Positions 58,809-64,000 of a stretch of DNA of 64,000 nt are shown piece after piece. The stretch comes from a virus: the IMG/VR virus record IMGVR_UViG_3300035681_000001, positions 32,001-96,000 of that record. One strand, given 5' to 3'. Under the pieces are notes generated by a model. The model was not told the origin of the DNA. It ran no database searches and was given only the letters and a program-made list of their open reading frames with translations. Position 1 is the stretch's first letter; the number at the start of each line of letters is the position of its first letter. Both the position numbers and the translations under genes were made by a program.

Positions 58809-59278
58809 TCTACTAAAAAGGCTGCGTGTACTTGAGCATAACCTGAATAACCAAAACGAACAGCTTCAAGAGGTACGGTAATAGGTAAAGGCTGTAAAGT
58901 AACACCTTCTGAAACCATACCTGCAGCTGGAGCTAAAGACCGTTTAACGTAATTAGGTAAGCGCCCTAAGTGTGGCCTAAAGCTAGTTATATAAGGCCTA
59001 CCTGAATCACCACTTTCAAAAGCTACGGTTACTGCGTCTCCATAAGACAACGTAGTTTGAGTACCTATACCGTTAGTAGAAGCGTGGCTAGTGGCGTTGT
59101 TAGTGACTGTATAAGTGTAACCTAAAGCTGGAATAAAAACTTGAGCGGTGCCCGCTAAGTGATCTATAGGCGTTATTGCACACACTACACCATAATGCGT
59201 GGCATTACGTTTACCATCATAATAATCACGCTGCTCTAAATACCTAGGGCGCGAGTTTAGGTCTAGGTGTGCGCTCAT
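58805..59278 (-). CDS. gpV/gp5 N-terminal OB-fold-like baseplate protein
   Basis: GVVCAI...GTAQVFIP...GDAVTVAFESGDSGRPYI. Confidence 0.7.
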   Translation of the reverse strand: MSAHLDLNSRPRYLEQRDYYDGKRNATHYGVVCAITPIDHLAGTAQVFIPALGYTYTVTNNATSHASTNGIGTQTTLSYGDAVTVAFESGDSGRPYITSFRPHLGRLPNYVKRSLAPAAGMVSEGVTLQPLPITVPLEAVRFGYSGYAQVHAAFLVE

Positions 59279-61209
59279 CAGAAAGGACTTAACAGTGCTA
59301 ATTCAGTGTAATAACCTTCTTCTGCGTCGTTATATAGGTGAGTAATACCCTCTACACGCCACACGTTTTCGGGAGCTGGTACAAACTGCAAAAGGTTGGC
59401 TTCATCCTTAGGCTCTTGTCTGCTAAACGATAAATTACAAAGCTGCTTAGCACCCGTGGTGTTGCCATCCACTTTAACCTCTAGCGGTTTTTTTAAAACT
59501 TCAGGGCCTTCTATAGCTATATTTCCTTTACCATCGGTGTCCTTTATTTGTTGGTCGATGCTGCTATCTATAGCCACAAAAGCATTTACTTGATTCACTA
59601 ACAGCCGACGCTCTTCTTTTAGTCGTTCAGGCTTTTGCGGATCAAACGGTACCCAAGTAGAGCCAGCAATTTGTATGGCTTCACCTGGGGCAAAAGAAGG
59701 GTCACCTACCAACTTACAACTAGCTGCTCTTAAATCCTTAGCTAGCTGCCGAGCGTACTTAATAGCTAAAGCCCCTACAGAAACCGCATCAGTAGCTGAA
59801 GGGTCTACTACTGTATAGTAAGTAGCTGGGTGGGGAATAGGGTTACCTTGATCTTGCAGCACCGGTGGTACTGAGAGTAAATGAGTAGCTAGGGTATTAC
59901 TCGAAGTGCCGTCTTTTTGGTTAGTAACGATAATATTAGTCCTTAAGCCAATAGCAGACCGTTCTTCACGGTAGCTTAAACACATCTGCCTAAGATCAGG
60001 CACTACACCATTAGGGTACATCCGGTAGTAGTAAACCCGATTGAACCTCAAAGGATCGTCAAAACCAGTAACGTCCGTACCTCTATTTACATACCAATAT
60101 TCACCTGACCGGTGATCAGCAAACATTTCTGTAGGCCAAGGCTCTTGGTTAGACAAGTACTTAATAAACTCAATAGGCACTCGCTCAGAAACCTGAAAAT
60201 TAGAAGTTATAGATCCGGGTTCATATGCTTTACGCCCACTCAAGATATTAAACTTCAGTCCAGGATAAGGTAACCGGCCGTTCTTAGTACTAGCACCTAA
60301 CAACCCCACCCACTCAGACTTAGAATCATACTTAGAATAAGCTTTCAAAGAATCATCAGGATCAGTTTGATTACGTTCAGCAGTTGACTTTAAATTACCT
60401 TCAATACCTACTCCTCGTACAAAGCTGCAAGGCCCACTTATTTCCTTATCATTAACTACAGCAGTAGAATCACGTAAGTCTCCTACAGCCCGTCGAGCTA
60501 TAGCCAGAATCACAGCTGATCTAGTAAGAGGGCCGGTGGTCTGAACACCTTCTTTTGAACCAAATGTTTCTGCTAAACCAGATGAAGTACTACCAGCAAC
60601 ACGGGTATTATCATCAGAATTGTAAGTACCTAATGAATCCATCAAGTACTTCATTCGGTCCCTAACCTGAATAAGCAGGTTTGTACCGTTACGGTTAGTA
60701 CCAGTAACAGTAATAGTATCCACGCCACCTACAAAAACCCTTAGCAGTCGGTTTTGTTCTATATCTTTTTCTGTAACAGGCCGTAAAGTATCAATGTAAC
60801 CTAAGTAAATGCAGATTTCTACAGTAGGCCTTAATGGTATTTGGTAGTTTACAGCAGCAGGCGCTTGAGCCGTACTAGCAACCGCACCTTTAGCCGTAAC
60901 TACACTTCGGTTAGCAAAACCCGCTATACCCTTAGCTGCTCGGATCGAAGGGAAACCACTCCCTAAATCGTCAGCATTAATGGTGCACTGCACTATAGCA
61001 GTACTAGAGCTCCAAAAACGATTAACGGTAACTTTGGCTTTGGTAACCAACCACTTAGTAACCCCTACAGGTTCCATATTCCTGATAAGGATCTTGCCTG
61101 CTATATCCGTAATTACACAAACAGGTATATAACCGTTGCCCTTCATGTGGCAGTTATCTCCCAACTTAGCGTCATAAGCCGGAGCCATTAAGCGTTGGGT
61201 AGCGACCAC
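59278..61209 (-). CDS. baseplate hub-like protein (gp27/gpD-like)
   Basis: VEICIYLGY, RVFVGGVDTI, QVRDRMKYL, VGDPSF.PGEAIQI, WRVEGITH. Confidence 0.7.
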   Translation of the reverse strand: MVATQRLMAPAYDAKLGDNCHMKGNGYIPVCVITDIAGKILIRNMEPVGVTKWLVTKAKVTVNRFWSSSTAIVQCTINADDLGSGFPSIRAAKGIAGFANRSVVTAKGAVASTAQAPAAVNYQIPLRPTVEICIYLGYIDTLRPVTEKDIEQNRLLRVFVGGVDTITVTGTNRNGTNLLIQVRDRMKYLMDSLGTYNSDDNTRVAGSTSSGLAETFGSKEGVQTTGPLTRSAVILAIARRAVGDLRDSTAVVNDKEISGPCSFVRGVGIEGNLKSTAERNQTDPDDSLKAYSKYDSKSEWVGLLGASTKNGRLPYPGLKFNILSGRKAYEPGSITSNFQVSERVPIEFIKYLSNQEPWPTEMFADHRSGEYWYVNRGTDVTGFDDPLRFNRVYYYRMYPNGVVPDLRQMCLSYREERSAIGLRTNIIVTNQKDGTSSNTLATHLLSVPPVLQDQGNPIPHPATYYTVVDPSATDAVSVGALAIKYARQLAKDLRAASCKLVGDPSFAPGEAIQIAGSTWVPFDPQKPERLKEERRLLVNQVNAFVAIDSSIDQQIKDTDGKGNIAIEGPEVLKKPLEVKVDGNTTGAKQLCNLSFSRQEPKDEANLLQFVPAPENVWRVEGITHLYNDAEEGYYTELALLSPF

Positions 61210-61238
61210 AAAAAAAGCTGCAGGGTTAACTGCAGCTT
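61210..61238 (-). terminator. intrinsic terminator after the tail tube gene
   Basis: Minus strand AAGCTGCAG-TTAACC-CTGCAGCTT followed by a T run. Confidence 0.8.
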
Positions 61239-61265
61239 AGCTTATTTCACTTACCTAAGTGGTAA

Positions 61266-61988
61266 CTAGTTAGTAAAATAGCTAGACCAATCAACCAAAG
61301 CGTTACTGTTTGAGGTAACACCTAAAGAAGGAATGTTTGCGTAAGTTCGGTTGGGATCAGCCGTAACACCAGGAGTAGCACCGGCCCTGGAAAAATTATT
61401 ACCAGTGTTTAGGATGTTCTCATAGTGGTAACCTTCACACAACCCCTCAATACGAGTAGCAATAACTGACCTACCAGCCATTACACCAATAGTAACTGAG
61501 TCAGGCTTACAATTTTGCAGGTGGTACCGACCGGTTGTTTCCCGAGTGGAATGCAGCGGACGATTAGCTCCTGTTAGGTATTCACCAGTACGAGTGGCAT
61601 TAGAATTAGAGATCCCGTTAGCTTGTTCAGTACTCAGGTTAGGAGCGTAGACTTCAAAAGTAAGTTGAAGTCTAGGGCTGCGATCAGGCCGCATCTCACG
61701 ACCCATACTAGAAAAACCAAAGACATCCTGCATGATTGCAGTGTCAACCATGCCTCGTTCCAGAACCCAACCAAACTGGAATTCACCGTCTAGTAAACGG
61801 GGAATACGTTGGTTCATTTCCATATACGGTTCGGTAGCATTCCGAATTGTTAGCTGAAAACTAGCAAAACGGCCTACCAGCACTTGTCGACCAGTAGCTT
61901 GATCTAACGCGAATACGTCAGCATCAAAACCCTGCATCGGGTCAAGAATAGCGTTATTCGTAACAGTCCTATTTAAGGGTTGTGTCAT
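61266..61988 (-). CDS. tail tube protein
   Basis: Directly follows the sheath and precedes a terminator; VGRFASFQL..., LERGMVD; myovirus gene order. Confidence 0.7.
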   Translation of the reverse strand: MTQPLNRTVTNNAILDPMQGFDADVFALDQATGRQVLVGRFASFQLTIRNATEPYMEMNQRIPRLLDGEFQFGWVLERGMVDTAIMQDVFGFSSMGREMRPDRSPRLQLTFEVYAPNLSTEQANGISNSNATRTGEYLTGANRPLHSTRETTGRYHLQNCKPDSVTIGVMAGRSVIATRIEGLCEGYHYENILNTGNNFSRAGATPGVTADPNRTYANIPSLGVTSNSNALVDWSSYFTN

Positions 61989-61998
61989 CTAAAGTACC

Positions 61999-64000
61999 TC
62001 AGAAACCTATAGTGGAACCTACATCTACCGAGAAGGTTTCTGAAAGGTCTCTGATAACGTTGACCTTAAAGAAATCTGCAGGGAAAACGGGTGTTACTCT
62101 AATGGTAATGTAAACCTTACCTGAAATCATATCAGACTCAGAGTTGTTCTCTGGTCCACAAATAGTAGGAGCAACTCGAATAAAATCACCATCTCGCAGG
62201 CCAGTAGCTAACCGAGCATTTACAGCTGCAGAAATACGGCGCTGCAGTTCACGAGTATTAGGCTCTGATCTTACCCACTGAAGAGCAAAGTAAAGATCAG
62301 CCATCAGTTGGTCCATAATGCGACGAACTGAACCATACCGCTTGTTGGTATCACTAGAAGTAGTAACACCATTCAGGAACTTAAAGGCCCGAATACCTGA
62401 GTCATAAATCAAAGCTTCTGCATGTCCGGCAGAAATAGTTTCCAGGTACTCACTAGTAGACTTAGTGTCTACTGAAACCACGTTAGGAACTACTACTGAA
62501 CCAGAAGTAGAAGCCAGAGAAATACGGGGCGGTCGGATAGCCATCAAAGCAGCCGCCTTGAGAGAAGAACCTACCCGAGGGTAAAGGTTACCATCTAGTG
62601 CCCTAGAAGTAGCATGACCTACTGTTAGTAGAACACGCTCAGAATCTAAACCAGTAGCCAACGCAGCAGCTTGACGAGCAGGCAAACCTGGAGCTGGTTC
62701 AAAAATACCTAACCGCAAACCTAACTGAACAGTAGCTGATTCGATGTCTGCTTTTATCCGAGTAAAAACTTCATCAAAATAACCATCTCCGTAGGTCAAA
62801 CCAGGTAGCGTTACAAAAGCTACGTCTTCGTTAGCCAGCTGCTCTGCAGCAGCCAAAAAGCCTCGCTTACGTGCTTCTACAGAAGAAAAAGTAGTAGGGA
62901 AATAGTCACTAGCTCCAGTAAGAGGAACTGAGCGAATAAAAGCCCCAGCCTGAGCAGAAACTGAAGTAGTACCAGTATTAAAAATAGAAGACTGCTGTCC
63001 CAACGGTGGTGCTTGACGCAGCGGCTGCAGCAGATAAGTATCAGCAGTGGGACTAGTACCTACAGCAGCCTCCAAAACAGGAATAAAATAAGCCCTGATC
63101 AATGAGGAATTAGCAGTAGCTAAGTAAACACCATTGCTGTCTAGATCACTGTTTGACAACCGATAGCTTTCAGGAGCACTACCGTTAACGTTGCTATCTA
63201 CTACTGAAAGATCAAACTGAGCGGCAGTAGCTGAAGTGGTCCCAGGCGTAATGGTAACCTGAATAGAATTACCATAAACACCAGGGCTAAGAGCTTGAAC
63301 TCTTAGCAAAGGACGCCCGTTAAGAGCGTAGAAATCCCGATAAGCAAAAGTAGGACCTTCAAAACCGTTTTGAAAAGCCGAGTAGACTCCATAGCTAGCA
63401 ACACCAAAAGCGGTGTCTGTAGCACCTTTAAACAAAATGTCTAGTGCAGAACTGGCAGTACCTACCGCGTAGCGTACTACTCGGTAGTAAATCCGGTTAG
63501 CTTCTATACCAATTAGCTTAGAAGTAAGTGTGAAAGAATAAGGAGGAACCAGCAGGTTGGATTCTGCATCAGCTACTAGAGAATTAAAAACAGCGTTGCT
63601 GTTAATAGCTGTTTCTAAGGAGCGCAAGATAGTAGCTGCCGAAGTACCAGCAGTAAAAGCACCTGCACCACTAGCAGTAGTAGAACCTACCGTAAGAGCT
63701 GAACGGGCAAAAGAAACAGAAAAGTGTCCGCCTTTAATCAAGGCAATAGAAGATTGAGAATCAGCACCAAACTGAATCTGCAAACCTTCATCAGTACCTG
63801 TACCAAAGTTCTCCAGCGGCAACACCGTCGCGGCTAATAACCCAGCAGAAGGAGCTGTTAGATACCCAAATCGACGGTAAGTGCCACCACCATCAACAGG
63901 TAACACTACATAAGCATCAATCGGATAAGTACTGACCGTGTCGGTGTAGCTAACACCCGAAATCGAATAGTAAGTGTTGCCAGCTGTATAAGCAGTAATT
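61999..64000 (-). CDS. contractile tail sheath protein, 5'-truncated by the window edge
   Basis: LRVQALSPGVYGNSIQV; SVRRIMDQL..., EPNTRELQRRI...L...G; YITIRVTPVFPADF. Frame is open to base 64000. Confidence 0.9.
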   Translation of the reverse strand, partial: ITAYTAGNTYYSISGVSYTDTVSTYPIDAYVVLPVDGGGTYRRFGYLTAPSAGLLAATVLPLENFGTGTDEGLQIQFGADSQSSIALIKGGHFSVSFARSALTVGSTTASGAGAFTAGTSAATILRSLETAINSNAVFNSLVADAESNLLVPPYSFTLTSKLIGIEANRIYYRVVRYAVGTASSALDILFKGATDTAFGVASYGVYSAFQNGFEGPTFAYRDFYALNGRPLLRVQALSPGVYGNSIQVTITPGTTSATAAQFDLSVVDSNVNGSAPESYRLSNSDLDSNGVYLATANSSLIRAYFIPVLEAAVGTSPTADTYLLQPLRQAPPLGQQSSIFNTGTTSVSAQAGAFIRSVPLTGASDYFPTTFSSVEARKRGFLAAAEQLANEDVAFVTLPGLTYGDGYFDEVFTRIKADIESATVQLGLRLGIFEPAPGLPARQAAALATGLDSERVLLTVGHATSRALDGNLYPRVGSSLKAAALMAIRPPRISLASTSGSVVVPNVVSVDTKSTSEYLETISAGHAEALIYDSGIRAFKFLNGVTTSSDTNKRYGSVRRIMDQLMADLYFALQWVRSEPNTRELQRRISAAVNARLATGLRDGDFIRVAPTICGPENNSESDMISGKVYITIRVTPVFPADFFKVNVIRDLSETFSVDVGSTIGF

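Noticed and set aside
32078-63757. Short + strand ORFs in the track opposite the structural genes, and - strand ORFs opposite replication genes (e.g. 11461-12189, 13862-14314)
   Set aside because: Shadow ORFs of well-supported genes, with no motifs
1-64000. Stop-codon reassignment (TAG recoding) suggested by TAG richness
   Set aside because: Conserved genes are intact in the standard code and several end in TAG at the expected positions
43774-64000. Extracellular contractile injection system or tailocin rather than a phage
   Set aside because: A terminase and a full replication module are present

Overview
64 kb segment of a large contractile-tailed (myo-type) phage genome, probably a cyanophage. 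The host call rests on a compact class I RNR pair of the cyano-podo/siphovirus ('Cyano SP') type and a cyanophage-like ThyX. Bases 1-31232 (+ strand) are a replication/recombination/nucleotide-metabolism block: RecA; a family A DNA polymerase split into two ORFs with a winged-helix ORF between them; a beta-clamp-like protein and DnaX-like clamp loader; UDG; two SF2 helicases; ThyX; a SPOUT methyltransferase; an RlaP/YcgL nucleotidyltransferase followed by an anticodon-less tRNA-like RNA; primase; RNase HII-like, RuvC-like and PD-(D/E)XK nucleases; HU-like protein; NrdA/NrdB; and a C-to-S pseudophosphatase. The C-terminal polymerase ORF is interrupted at motif C by a group I intron that carries an antisense LAGLIDADG endonuclease. 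Bases 31238-64000 (- strand) are the virion block: tRNA-Thr, a 4148-aa protein with N-terminal PLD and C-terminal lysozyme-like domains, a terminase large subunit with two inteins, baseplate genes, tail tube and a truncated tail sheath. All calls come from motif recognition by eye; no database searches were run.
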